From the NCBI GenBank assembly GCA_008632985.1, contig QPGO01000026.1, forward strand, positions 496,001 to 560,000: DNA of 64,000 nucleotides, given 5' to 3'. Each line of letters opens with the position of its first letter. Position 1 is the stretch's first letter. Both the position numbers and the translations under genes were made by a program. A model generated the notes under the pieces. The model ran no database searches. It saw only the letters and a list, made by a program, of their open reading frames with translations, and was not told the origin of the DNA. Source of the stretch: Psammoneis japonica. Lineage: Eukaryota. This document shows, in pieces, positions 1 through 12,288 of this stretch.

Positions 1-561
1 AAGCTGTATTTCCAAGCTCATGACGGAGCAAGCGTTAAGTATTTCGTGTTGGAACCAATTCATAATGATCTCGACGGTGACGGTGTGCCAGATAATGTGG
101 ACAACTGCCCGTTGGTCCCCAATGCAAACCAAGGTGATCACGACGGGGACGGTGTTGGAGACGCCTGCGACGAAAAGTGCCCCATTCAAGTCGTTGCCAA
201 GAGACCCATGGGCCGAGTCCGAATCCGCTCCAAACCAAGATTTAAGTTTTCTTGTCCCCCGTACTTGACAAAAAAAGCAGTGGACAGCAGCAAAGCTCTT
301 GTTTTAAAGTTTCGATTGAAGGACTGCAGCAATGAGCTGGTCACGGATGCCGAACCCGAGTTGATGCGTATTGTAAAAGTTGGTAGCACACTCGTCAAGG
401 ACACCGGCTTGCCGGGTGAAAAACTGAAGAAGAAGAAAGGAAACTGGGTCTACAAAGTAGGAAGTCCTAAAAAGCTTGGTGGTGCGGGATGCTATGTGGC
501 GGAATTCAAGATTTCCAATGGCGGAGGAGGTTTCGCATATGCCAGCGCGTCGTTTTTGTAA
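1..561 (+). CDS. 3' part of an extracellular-type protein: thrombospondin type-3 (Ca-binding) repeat followed by a PxKF-like C-terminal beta domain; 5'-partial
   Basis: Frame is open from base 1 (KLYFQAHDG...). [35 protein letters not shown] is a canonical TSP3 repeat. The tail [18 protein letters not shown]...[17 protein letters not shown] resembles bacterial PxKF domains. Stop TAA at 559-561. Confidence 0.75.
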   Translation, partial: KLYFQAHDGASVKYFVLEPIHNDLDGDGVPDNVDNCPLVPNANQGDHDGDGVGDACDEKCPIQVVAKRPMGRVRIRSKPRFKFSCPPYLTKKAVDSSKALVLKFRLKDCSNELVTDAEPELMRIVKVGSTLVKDTGLPGEKLKKKKGNWVYKVGSPKKLGGAGCYVAEFKISNGGGGFAYASASFL

Positions 562-603
562 TCTCGAATTAGATTAAAACTCTATAACAGTTTCTCTCCA
601 GCA

Positions 604-1510
604 TTATTCAATTTTTTCAAAATGTCGCTCTCTCAAAACAAGTACAGTACTTATTCTATGCAGCACTTGATCGCCGGCTTGTAACGGGGGAGCGTACGCA
701 GCGTTCCCGTCACATACGTTCTCCCGGTCCCACCGCGATAACTTTGCCCTCGTTTGGATGCTGCTTGGTGGTATTACTGGGCAAAATGATTCTGCCGGCC
801 GCTTCATCGGCGGCACATTGTACTCTAGTGACCACAGCAGAATAAATATATGCACGAGAAGTCCAACGTGAGCGCGTACAGATACAGTTACCTGGTGATC
901 TTTGCCCACTTTTTGCTCTAAGACTGGGAGAGCTTTTTGAAATTCAACCAGTGCTTCATGGAAATGCCTGGTGCTGTAAAGGGCCAAACCGACATTGTCA
1001 TGAGAGATCGCGGTCTGTCTACGTGATCATGAGTCTTGAGAAACTCCTCTCTAGGGCTACGCGATGGTCACGCTTACTCAGTAGAACCAATGTTGTTGTA
1101 GCTTGTCGCAGTGTGACAGTGACAATGGCCCATAATGTCTTCAAAAGTTGCGTTTGCCGTGCGAAATTGCCAAAGAAATCCATCGATGATACGGTTCAAT
1201 ATGATGTAGACTCGGTCGGCCTCTTCAGACGCCTTCCCATCTTGGACTTGGGTGTTGGCAAACGCCTTGTTGAGAATCCATCATGCCCGCACCATTCTCG
1301 TCATTTAAAGGCTCATTTACAAAATTATCTTTTTGAGCTGGTGACATGGCAACAATCACGTCACAGTGTTCTTCTCCAAGCTTGAACACAATTTCAAAGA
1401 CACACCAGATGTGGGTCTCAGTCAGATAGAAAGGTGTCTCCCACGGTGACATTGTGCCTGTGACGTGACCAATTCCAAGCAACTCGGCTTTCAAATGTTC
1501 ATCCACAAAT
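604..1510 (-). pseudogene. Decayed kinesin-light-chain-type TPR protein gene
   Basis: Fragments in several frames: GIGHVTGTMSPWETPFYLTETHIWCVFE (N-terminal domain of diatom TPR proteins), HTATSYNNIG, and TAISHDNVGLALYSTRHFHEALVEFQKALPVLEQKVGKDH (TPR repeats). Frameshifts and stops lie between them. Confidence 0.6.
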
Positions 1511-1539
1511 GGTTCACCTCAGCAGTGCCGACCTTGGAT

Positions 1540-3400
1540 TGCTGGGACGTTCCTTTATGACTTGATGTTGTGATTGATGCAGAAACAACATCATTTCCCA
1601 ATGTCTTTGATGAATGCCCCTGGAGTGGTTTAGATGAGGATCATGCTGAATGGAAGGAAAATGTCCCAGCCAAACTCATGATGTCTCCACAAGTGTCAGA
1701 AAATCCTCATGCCTGTGAGAAGGATCCGGGCCATGCTCAGGTGGCTTGCGTTGCGTTGCTTGATGCCACCAGCAAGTCCAATGCTCATGACACCCTTCAG
1801 AATCTCCCAGAGGCTTGACAGACCAGTCATCATCTTTGGAAGACATGGAGGGCATGGCAGAAGGAGCAGACAAACAAGCTCTCTGCTGGGCCCATGCTGA
1901 CCGACTCTTGTCAGCAACTGGCAAAATGGCAGACGTGTCGGTTGACCTTTTTCAATGTGACATGAACAGGTGTTTTGCAGGCAAAGATTTCCAGCCAGTG
2001 GTGCAAAGGCTGGCACCTTGGATGGCGTGAGAATGTTGGAGATCCTTTCTCACACACTGGATTCTCCCCGATGCCCAGCCTGACAATGGTGTCAATCATC
2101 CCCGACGGATGGCTTGCAATGTTGTGTGATCCACCTGGAGAAAGAGACCTCAGCCATCTGCTCAGAGGACAAGCAGAAAGTGTTCCAGGATCATTTTGCT
2201 TGGTTGTCTTGATGTTGTCCAGGCCGTTGCCAGCCTCAGTTGCGTCTCTGTGCCCCCCCCCCCCCCCAACACACACACTGCTGGACTGAAACTGCACACC
2301 TCAAGTTTTTTGGTTGAGGCTGTTTTGCACTGCATCCTTTGGAGCAGGGCAAGAGGGAAGACATCGAGCTGCATCAGGTGTCACCAGGGAGCGATGCCCA
2401 TGTTGAGTGAAGTTTGGGTTCACATGATCCACCGCTGGTGGGGTTGCATTCAATGACTCCAGTGCTCATGGTGTTTGATTTGCTCTTTGTTGAGGATGTT
2501 CTCATGACAACTTTTTTGGCTCAGTCAAGGAAGCAGCAAGGTGGTGCAACCTCAAATTTGGGGGAGCTGTCAAACTGGCCATGCAAACCACTGCCACTGC
2601 TGCTGCACTGGGTGACACTGAATGGTTTCCAGATTTCCAGCAGTGCAAAAAACACATCACCATTGCCTGCCACACAGTGCAGGAGAAGTGTGCTGTGTGC
2701 ATCTTGGAGCCATTCTGCTCCCTGCTTGACAAAATTTCAGCAACACTTTGACCAAGCAGCTGCCTGCTGCCACCCATGAGTGCCGCATCATGGGCAGAGA
2801 CTGCTCTGTTGGATTTGTGAGGATCTTGCCACAACCATTGATGCTGATTGCTGGCAAGGTTCTTCCACAGTTCTCTCAGGTTTCACCCCACTTGTTTCAA
2901 AGAGGAGGTCAGGCACCAGGGGGCTGTCAGTCATTGGTTTCCCTCTGACAGGGGTTGGAACGAGACCCAGATGTTGCTGGTGTCTCCCAGATGGCCTGCT
3001 GCAGAAAATCTCCTTGAGCGAATCTTTGTGTCAAGGGTGTTGTCTGGCTGTGCAGATTGCACAACTGGGCATGACAGGGAGAGTTGGCACACAGCAGACA
3101 ATGGCTGCATGCAGTTGCTCAGAAGGCTGAGACACGAGCTCATGCTGGTGGAAGTGTGCACAGCAGAAATGATGCAGCAGAGAAAGGGAGAAAAGTCTTT
3201 GGCAGAGGCTTTCTGCACAGGTGCGAGTTTTTGGGCGGGGGAATGGGAGCACCATGTGGCACTGTGGTGTTTGAAGATTTTTCAAAGGCAGAGAAGGGGT
3301 GAGGCCATACATGCCATGCATGGGGAAGGCATGTTCCAAGAACATCTCACACCCGTGGTGTGTGTGTGGCGCTGAAGGTTGGGGGTGCTGGTTTGGTCAA
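1540..3400 (-). mobile_element. Very degraded element, possibly a non-LTR retrotransposon fragment, in a TpA/CpG-depleted domain
   Basis: Faint RT-like remnants (KDDDWSVKPLG resembling K..D..KLRPLG; SIGLAGGI). No intact ORF. TpA and CpG are nearly absent. Confidence 0.3.
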
Positions 3401-3750
3401 CAAGGGAGTCCGAAGCTGGTCGCACACTTTCTCACTCCCTTGCCTTCTCTCAACCCAATGCCTGGTGCTGCCAGCAGTCTTGCCAGCTTTGTTGGCTGCA
3501 CAACCGGCTTGCCACCGCATGATGTTGCAAAGTGAACACATGCGTGAGCCATGCCGGTGGCCGGTGGGGGGGGGGGGGNGGGGGGGGGCACTGCCTGTTT
3601 TGATGGACAAATTGCACCGTGAGCACTCATCATTTAAAAAAAACACAGGCACCATTTTCCACTGTGCCTCTTGCTCACGAGCCTGCTTGATGTGAAGCGA
3701 GTTTTTGGTGCGGGCTTAATGTTGAATTGACTCCTCACGGCCGGACACAT

Positions 3751-3886
3751 CACGTGTTGGTGTCTTGTGTTCCTGCAGTTGGTCAACCAATCACGAGCGA
3801 GTTCCAGTCACGAGCGAGTGTTGAGGTCGTGGACTTTGTAAAGAGCCCTACGTAGTGACGCCTCCACGTGGAGGATTTTTCACGTG
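3751..3886 (+). promoter_or_regulatory. Cluster of CACGTG (G/E-box) motifs upstream of cpn20
   Basis: CACGTG at 3751, 3865 and 3881. The 3865 copy lies in the perfect 14-bp palindrome CCTCCACGTGGAGG (3861-3874). All are 110-250 bp upstream of the ATG. Confidence 0.35.
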
Positions 3887-3997
3887 GGTGACATCATCCA
3901 TCACACATCATGATCGTTTGTTGTTGATTGTTGAATGATGATGTTGTTGCTGCTGTTGCTGCTGTTGCTGCATTGACGGCGATTTTATCGGTACACC

Positions 3998-4836
3998 ATG
4001 ACGCGCTTTGTGGAATTAGCCACGTTTCTTTTGATTGCTCTGCAAGTCACAAAAGCATGGGTAGCTCCGGTTTCCAACAAGAAGCATCGAAAACAGTCAC
4101 TGTTTTTTGCTTACAAGTTGGATGGAGAAGAAATTCGCGGGCCATTGACTCCACTCAATAATTTTTGTTTTGTACAAACCAAAGAGTCGCTGTCGGCAAC
4201 GTCGGGTGGTATTTTGCTACCAGATGAAGTAAGGACCTGAGTTTCTTTGTCTGAAAATGATTGGTTTATTTTTTCAATTTCTCGCTGCTCACTCTTTTTC
4301 TTTTGTTCTCTCAGAGCAAACAACGCGCAACCGAAGGCGTCGTGGTGGCGGCGGGTCCGGGCAAACTCCACCCTCATACGGGCGTTCGCATCATCAATCC
4401 CGTTACCGAGGGTATTTCCGTTTTGTTTGGTAAATTTGACGGCACACCCGTCAATTACAACGATGAAGATTGCCAAGTGATTCGCGATGACGACATTTTA
4501 TTGTACTATGAGGGGGCCGTGATTACTCTTGACAACGCCACGCCCTGTAGGGATTACGTGTTGGTGGAATTGCCCGAATCGGAAAATCTGCAAACGTCGT
4601 CTGGTATTGTGGTGAGTGCCGCCGCCACTGCCGATTTGGAACCCTGTGAAGGGACCGTGGTCAAGACGGGTGAAGGACGAATGGCGTCGACTGGCGAGTT
4701 TACCAGCTCGCCCGTGGCGGTGGGAGACAAGGTCAAATTCAAGGATTATGCCGGCAATGACGTCAAGATTGAGGGAAAGGAGTATTCTGTGGTGAGAATG
4801 GTGGATATCTTGTCAACAACGAAAGACAGTGAATAA
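3998..4836 (+). CDS. cpn20: Plastid co-chaperonin 20 (two GroES/cpn10 domains), 250 aa; exons 3998-4228 and 4315-4836
   Basis: Signal peptide MTRFVELATFLLIALQVTKA followed by WVAP (ASAFAP-type motif). GroES motifs LTPLNNFCFVQ..TSGGILLP, EGVVVAAGPG, PCRDYVLV..TSSGIVV and VGDKVKFKDYAGNDVKIEGKEYSVVR. An 86-nt GTAAGG...TCTCAG intron keeps the frame. Confidence 0.93.
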
Positions 4837-5256
4837 GAAAACACGTGGAAAAGAATAAACTCAGTTTAAGACTCTAGTGGAGTCAAGAAAGATCCGTTGC
4901 TTAGCGAATGACAATTAAGTAGAATAGCTGTGACAGTCTATGCGAAGTTTGGCCAATGTCTCACGTTCATAGAGCTGCTACGTTGAGTGCAAGGAGCAGG
5001 TGAATCGCAGCGACGTAGACGGTCATCGCAGCCAGCTCTCTCACTTTGCAACTGCTACTCTGACTTGATTATCCACACTTCCCTTTTTTGGAAGAGTCTG
5101 CTATGCCTAGTAGCCTAGTCAAAGTTGTTTTGAAATGGTAGCGAGGACATGGGTCCCCTTTCGGGTTGAGTAGAAGTAGCAAGTAGTGTTGCTCCTTGTG
5201 AAACTAGCTAGCGCAGAACTGAGCAGAAAGGCATAGAGTCCTAACTTACTGCGTCA

Positions 5257-7718
5257 TCATTCAAGCTGGCTAGTGACAATGCGGTGGCGGAGCAGAGTAC
5301 ATCGTGAAAGGCGACGATCATCCTCAACCGCCATTATGTATGCTCGACGGCCGCCAATCGCAATCACTTTCAGCTTGCCGCGTGTGACTGCAGTGTACAA
5401 CAGCTTGCGAAACAACATGAAGCTGTGGCTCATTGACAGCACCACAATTACGGAAAGATACTCACTCCCTTGGGCCTTGTGAACACTGAGCGCATGTGCA
5501 AGTTTGAGGTTGAACGACTCAGCACCATTGATGGCTTCAAACTCGACTTCCCTGCCATCGGCAAACGTGACAACCATGCTTTCCTCCTCAGTGAGGCTTT
5601 TGATAACCCCGATATTTCCATTTCGAAGGTCAAAGTCATAGTCGTTCTTCGTTTGAACCACCTTGTCCCCAACCTTGAACAAATCATTGTGAAACTTGAG
5701 GGCTGGAACGCTTGATCTTTTTTGAATTTTCTCGTTCATCGAGTCTATCCCCACAATTGAGTTGTACTGTGGCACGAGGATCTGAGTGTCAAACACATGG
5801 TTAGACCCAAACTTATACTGAGCAAGCTTGTCATACACCTCAAGTATGGATCGGGAACTTTCTTCGTCATCGCACGTTTCAAGAAGTTGAAAATCCGTCT
5901 CCTCGTCAATCTCATCAACGCTTGTGACAAGAATTCCTTCTGGCAAGCTTGAATCACCTTGGTTGATGCGCATTGCAGCTTCAATAATGCTACTTCCATG
6001 TCCCTGACGAAAAACGTAGTCCAAACGAGTGACGGGGAAACGCTCAGAGCTGATAATGTCGCTCAAGACGGCTCCAGGTTCAATAGACGGAAGTTGATCA
6101 ATATCTCCTACGATAACAAGGTGACAATTCGATGGCAAGGCCTCAAGCAGATTTGCTAAAAGGCGAGTACCCAGCATGGATGCCTCATCGACAATTACGT
6201 AGTCAGCCGGAAGATGATTGTGCTTGTTGTATAGAAAACACTCCCCATCCCATCCAAGCATTTTGTGAATTGTTAATGCCTCTGGGTTCTTCTTCATTTG
6301 ATTATTAATTCTCTGAGCCGCAGCACCCGTAAAGGCACAAAGCGCCACAGTCGCACTCTTTTGCTCTAGTGCTGAAACAAGAGCTGAAATCACGGCCGTC
6401 TTGCCAGTCCCTGGGCCCCCTGTCCACCCAGAGATTTTGTTGTCAAGAGCCTCATTAATGGCGACCCGCTGCGATTCTGAGACATTATAACCCACGGAAG
6501 TCTCGGCTAATGCAGTAAGGTCATCCACTTCGGATGACTTCACAAAAGATTCACCTTGTTGAATCCTATTCAATGACTCAACAATTGAGTCTTCCGCTTC
6601 AGCTAATGAAGCGCTCTGCACATAGATCTGTCCATCCACATCCGTACAAATGACTTCTCCTTCGCTTGCAAGACGAATGATCGCCTCCTCAACCGCCATA
6701 TTGTCTTCGTTGCATAATTTGAGTTCTTTTTTTACAATAGAGACAAGTCCAGCTTTGACGATGGCAGTGTCGCCTTTCCTGTGTTCCACCATTTCTTTGA
6801 GCGTAAATAGTATACCGGGGCGGATACGACGCTCATCATTTTTTTCGAAACCAATTGCCATTGCGATTTTGTCAGCTTTTCGAAAACCAAGACAATCGAT
6901 ACTGTACGGATCAGTTTGAAGAAGTTCCATACTCTTAGTGCCACACTGTGCGACAATTCGTTGGCACAGATTCTTGGAATACAACACTTCGTAGCGAGAC
7001 AAAAATTCAATGACCTGCCGAAGAGTGTACTCCTTCTCATCATTAATGTCGAGAGTGGACGGAGACCTCGATTTCCACATCTCTCGTATCGCTCGGGCTT
7101 TGATCTTCCCGATACCTTCCACTGCTTCGAGGTTTCCAGTTTTACCACCAACAAAGTCATGCCGATCGAAACCATGTTGGTCGGCATAATTAATGATTCT
7201 CTTTGCAAGATGCATTTCAACTCCTGTTGTAGTGTCCGCGATTGCCCTAGGAGTGAGACTGCCTAGAAGGCTGCGAAACGATGTCACATCAAACTGTTTT
7301 CCATGCTTCGAGTGGTGACCGTCCCGTCCTTGAACCGCAAGCTGGTCCCAACTTTTATCCCTTACAGATCTTTCAGACTCCTCGTCCTCGAGAAAGGCGA
7401 TTTTGAAGGAGCCGTTTTCAAAATTATGCTTCTGACTGTTCCAGTAATGGTAGATTCTTCGCGTTGCTCCTCTTCTAGTACGTCCGACGATCTTGCCGAA
7501 TCAATTGCCAATCGAAAAGCACGGATTTGCTCACCAGTAAGGCGGCTCGCAGCAAAGATACGAGGGGATGAGGATGGATGCCTTTCCACGGACTTGTAGA
7601 AAACAGCTGTTCTCATTCTATGGTTTGGTACACGCAGCCCTGGCATCACCCGTGAGACGCCCAGAAAACGTCGTGCAAGCCCCGCAATCGCTGATGCTTG
7701 CAGGGGCAAATGCGTCAT
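5257..7718 (-). CDS. recD2: RecD2-like (RecD/TraA family) SF1B DNA helicase with probable organellar presequence; 1-nt frameshift near 7420 (pseudogene or assembly indel)
   Basis: HhH motif LEAVEGIGKIKA; DPY..GFRKADKIA; Walker A TGGPGTGKT; IVDEASM; VGDIDQLPSIEPG; FRQ; GDKVVQTKNDY; SVHKAQGSEY; LLYTAVTRGK. The upstream ORF 7718-7362 (ITGTVRSII) joins FENGSFKIAF...HSKHGKQFDV in the main frame through a single-base shift. Confidence 0.85.
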
Positions 7719-8269
7719 CTCTTCCGCTACGATTGGTGTGCTAATTCCTATTTCAATTCAATCCAATCCTTAATTTGTGCCGTTGGTTTTCTTTCTTTTC
7801 TGCGAAGGCACAACAAGCTACGTCGCATCACGAAAAGCAAACTCAGAATTACAATGAGAACAGAAGAAGGAACGGCGAAGTTCGACACGCATTCGAAATG
7901 GTAACCAGCAACAACACTACGGCAGGGCACAGGGCCTGCAGGCTAGAGCAGGCGCCATTGGCGGGGTACTGTATGCATACATGCCTGTGTATCAGAAGAG
8001 ATTTTTTTTGAGCTCATGAGTTGATACCGCAGGTGGATAAATTTCTTCATGCATAAAGATATGAAATGCATGCTGACCGAGACATGAGCTCGGACAGAGA
8101 AAATGGGAAGTATTTTACTGTATGTGAACATGTAGTGAAATGTACGAATAAGGGGTGGATTTCGCGCGCTGTTTTCGTTGTCTGTGCGGCGATGTTCAAA
8201 CAATGCAGATCTGGCGCCGTTTGCCGCATCACCGCATTGACAGTGTTTTGGCTGTCTTGTGGCTACATA

Positions 8270-10045
8270 CAGAGGTCATCCGTGAGTCAGTGGTTGGCAT
8301 CTGTTCTTGGCAATGGCAGGCTGGCCCAAGCAGGGTCATTTGGTGTTTGCATGGGGACAGACCGGCACCATCCTGGGACCTCTGATCTGGAGCTGATCTG
8401 GGACGAAGGGGTGCGTGATCCCCTGAGGCAACGGCGAGTCACCCGCACCACACTGATGCTCATTCTTGCATTGACACAGCCGCACACCTCTGAATGTGGC
8501 TTTTGCCATTTGTCAGCCAGTTTGGAAGAGAGGTCCTGCACAACACTGCCTTGTTGGGCCTCTTTGCCGAGCAGCCCATCGCACATGATGCAACAAAGGG
8601 AGCAAAGTGGCGACGTTGCTCAAGGCAGGGCTTGAGGTGTTTGTGCTTTTTCTCTCACTCACATGTCGTTCCAGAACTTGTTCTGGTGTCTTGGACAGGT
8701 GTGATTTTGCATCACATGTGTCTGGAGCACGAATGTCCATGATCGCATCTGCCGCATCTGCCCTCTGATCCCAAAATCCTTTTTGACAGAAGATCTCGAC
8801 GGTCACCATCCTTGGACATGTTGGTGCCTTTTAGTTGTTGGAGGTGCCTGAGCTTCATGAGGTGTGACCAACAGGGTTGAGACAAGGGGTTTGTCACGTG
8901 CGCACAGGAAGGCTTGCAGGCCTTTCCGATTGGGCCACAAAGGTCATCACGCGTGTCATTGTGTCTTGAGATGACTGGACCGCCCTTCTTGCATTGTGGG
9001 GCATGCATGGTTGACAGAGTTTTCATCTGCATCCATCACAGCACTTGGCAAGGTTGGGGGAGTGCTGCCACACTGCAGGTGAAGCATGTCGCTGAATTCT
9101 GGGCATGGGAGTTCCGCGCCGCTCAGCATCAATGAGTGCACTGATGGCCATGCTCCAGTGCTGGCGCTGCACTTGACAGCTCTGGCCTTGAGGTCAGGCA
9201 GAGTCCAGAGGATTGTCTTGAGTTTCTTCTTGGCTTTCCCATTGGCCACTTCTCATTTCACTTCACGCATGGTTTCCTTGTGGACTGCTGAGCAAAATCC
9301 GAGTGGCGCCAAGAAGTGAGTTCATCACGTGGGAGCATGCAAGAGAACTCACTTCACAGTTTTGGGATGCAGACTCCATTGGACAAGAGACAGACAGCCC
9401 TGCAAATTTGATTGGGAGGGCAACAAGGCCAATCTTGGATCCTCGTTGGCCAAGGTCTCGCCAATTGATGCTGGAAGAAATTGGTGCTGTGCAGCGTGTT
9501 CCACTTCCACAAAGGATTCTCCACAATCCTTCACCACACATTGGACATGCTTGGTGCTGCAGTGACTTTTGAAGACCTGCACAAGCAGTCTGTGGATGGT
9601 GAGTCATGATTCTTGCAAGTCCTTGGATGACCGAGGTCCACAACTCGGCTTTCTCATCTGACCACTGGCCATGTGGGTTCGTCTCTCCAAGGTGGTGGCT
9701 GCCTGAGCAGACAGTGAAGCCAAGATCTCCAAAGTGTGCCCTGGCGTGTTCCAGGTTGCATTCTGGGACCACTGGGATGTTCTTCTTGTCATCGGCAGGG
9801 CAGCAACCATGTCTGGGGCCTTTGGCTCAGGGAGTCAAGAAAATGTCCCGGGAATTTCCTTGCTGTGGTGGAGTCGTCAGCGTGCCATGGCATGAAAGCT
9901 TCCTGAAAGGTTTCATTCAGCTTGTAGATTGGTGGGAGAAGACCCAGTCCACAGGCTGCCATGCCAGGTGGGTCGCCCTGCTTGACACCTTCCTTGCTGA
10001 ATGGTGTGAAGGCGGGCTGCTGATGGATGCCCATCGGTCTTAGAC
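8270..10045 (-). mobile_element. 5'-truncated, hypermutated CRE-like non-LTR retrotransposon (RT, zinc knuckle, restriction-like endonuclease)
   Basis: SKEGVKQGDP..MAACGLGLLP...PWHADD (YADD motif), ALPIKFAGL, TGAW, CKKGGPVISRHND, GFWDQRADA..IMDIR, CDGLLGKEA..KWQKPHSEVCGCVNARMSISVVRVTRRCLRGSR. Many frameshifts. Confidence 0.85.
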
Positions 10046-10646
10046 AAGAAAATGTGGCCGACGGCACACGCGATCCTATTAAAATGCACACTTCCCATTA
10101 AGGATACACACCGCTGTAATAGAGAGTCTCTAGCTAGAGAAAAACCACCCAAGCCAGCGCCGCAGTTGTCAGGCCTCCTGTTTGAGCGCATGATGCGAAC
10201 GAATGAGTGTAAATCCTGGTTGAATGCGGAAATAAATTGTTAGAAGGTAGTGTGATTGATCAGTCGCGACCATTAATAGATGAAGAGACTTTACATCGGC
10301 TACAGTGCATTACTTCTACACCTTTTCAGCACTAGTCGAATTCTGTCGGCTTTGAAACGCTCGTGCGTAGCGATGTCTTAACACTGCGTCATTGCTAGCG
10401 AGGCTGTCGCAAAGGCACTCGCAATGTCTTCACACAAACCTGCATGCACGAAACTTGCCGCCTCGCGACCATCGAGTATCTAAATCTTCTTCCGCGTTCA
10501 ACTTTCGCCTTGCTCTTGTGTTCGTAGGCCTTGACGGACCCGTATAGATTGTGTAATCTACTGCTTGTTCATTGCTACCATTTTCATCAATGCATACGTG
10601 GCTTTCTTTTTGCGGATTCTGATAATGCTCTTTTTGGCAGAAACGT

Positions 10647-11846
10647 TTAGACGTGGAGTCGACTGGTGCCGGCTCGAAAAATGAACTTTGGTGCCTTTTC
10701 CACCCTCTTGGGTTGCTTCTGAAGCCGAATCCACTTCCGTCGACAATGTCTCAATACTTGTAGGTCTTCATGCCTCTGTGCTATATTTTTCTCTCGGGTC
10801 TTTTCCTTGTTTGGATTTGCACCTCGGCCGTCTCCAGCACTAGGCGAATAATCCTTAGTCGCCACCTCTATCTCCATATTATGCCGCCCTGTTTCAAGTA
10901 TTATTTCTAATCCGCTGTCCGTTGCAAGATCTCCGCATTGTCTTTTTAAGACATTGTGGGCGTCAGCAACAGCCTTTTGAAACCTCTTTTGTCGGCATCG
11001 AATCAAGATCCCATTCACAAACCAAATAACCAGCATTGTGATCCCGGCAACGCGTATTCTTTTTCCTTTTTCGCTAACGTCAAATTCTTCTTCATCTCCA
11101 AATGTATCCATCTCTTGCCCAACAATACTAGTGTATGTTTCATTTCCAATCATTTTTTCAAGTGCTCCACTCTCTATCCTTGAGATGAGTGCGGCATCTG
11201 CTACTTGCTGCAAGCGCTTTAGTCCGTCAGTCTCAGTAGTATCTAAAATGTAGCCTGACCCAACTTGCAACACAGGGTAAACAACTGTCCATTCGATCCA
11301 TTCAAGCGACTCGAAGACCATTGCCTTTATCTTGGTTCTACCAGGAAATGAAATAAGCGACAATGCTGCGTCGTCTTGCCCAAGGTTGATGTCTCTAAAG
11401 GATGCACAATAATCGATCCTTTGTTGCTCCCATTCTGTTGCGTTACGCACTATTGTCACGTCTGTATCAGAACACAGGATCTCAAGCAACGACGCAGAAA
11501 TTGATTTCACAAGCTGAGACTCGAGACCTTGTTTCACATTCTTCACCGAGATTGAGGGTTCTCTGAAAAGTGAGAATTGCAGAGTCAAAAACAAACCAGA
11601 CGAGATTTTCTCATGTTGTTGTTCATCATGACTAGCTCCGTCCTTTGCATCGCTTTCCAAGCCTTGTGAAAGACCACGAATGCAACATTTGGTAGGGTGG
11701 TGATTGATCGACTCTAGTCTGATGGCTGCCGCTTCAAGAGTATCTAGTAGTCTCTCGGGAGAAAGTAATGTCACACCTCCGTGTGCAGAAACTACCTCCG
11801 AAGAAACACGTGTTACAAATAGAAGTAAAAATAATGAAGTTTTCAT
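10647..11846 (-). CDS. Uncharacterised type I membrane protein (signal peptide, one TM helix), ~399 aa
   Basis: Long ORF with normal composition. N-terminal MKTSLFLLLFVTRVSS signal; TM segment VAGITMLVIWFVNGILI followed by basic RCRQKR. The C-terminal end is uncertain. Confidence 0.7.
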   Translation of the reverse strand: MKTSLFLLLFVTRVSSEVVSAHGGVTLLSPERLLDTLEAAAIRLESINHHPTKCCIRGLSQGLESDAKDGASHDEQQHEKISSGLFLTLQFSLFREPSISVKNVKQGLESQLVKSISASLLEILCSDTDVTIVRNATEWEQQRIDYCASFRDINLGQDDAALSLISFPGRTKIKAMVFESLEWIEWTVVYPVLQVGSGYILDTTETDGLKRLQQVADAALISRIESGALEKMIGNETYTSIVGQEMDTFGDEEEFDVSEKGKRIRVAGITMLVIWFVNGILIRCRQKRFQKAVADAHNVLKRQCGDLATDSGLEIILETGRHNMEIEVATKDYSPSAGDGRGANPNKEKTREKNIAQRHEDLQVLRHCRRKWIRLQKQPKRVEKAPKFIFRAGTSRLHV

Positions 11847-12288
11847 CTTTGACTCTTCCAGAACGAGATATTGTGAGAAAGCAGATCTGTTCGTTGACGC
11901 CTGCTCTCAAAGGAACGTTCTTTTGTGACACAGAGTTCTCTTCTCGACAATATTGGCGGGAAAACTATGATTTTGGAAATTCGAAATGGCGGCTGGCACG
12001 TGCCTCGTCCGGCAAATAAATCGAAAGATATTTCCCTCTTATGTAATGCATGTTATGAGTTATTCGTATCTTAATTTTTAAATGAAATGAATGAATACAT
12101 AAGATACTGAATATCTGCAATTCTTTTCTTAAACGTTGCGGAACGAGCAGTTGTTGTCGCGCTTCACATTTTCGGGAGTTCGCCGAGGCTCACTAAATAA
12201 ATGACAATGGAAAAAAGAGTCGTCACTGAGGGTGTTGTCTCGAGAGTAAATCTATTGTATATTTATATATCTAATTTCTAATGGTCCT

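Noticed and set aside
2253..3588. Poly-C (2253-2267) and poly-G with an N (~3566-3588) as terminal inverted repeats or G-quadruplex elements
   Set aside because: Simple homopolymers with no further flanking complementarity; the N marks uncertain sequence.
5257..7287. Bacterial contamination suggested by recD2
   Set aside because: It is contiguous with intron-containing, plastid-targeted cpn20 and eukaryotic transposons, and it has a eukaryote-like leader.
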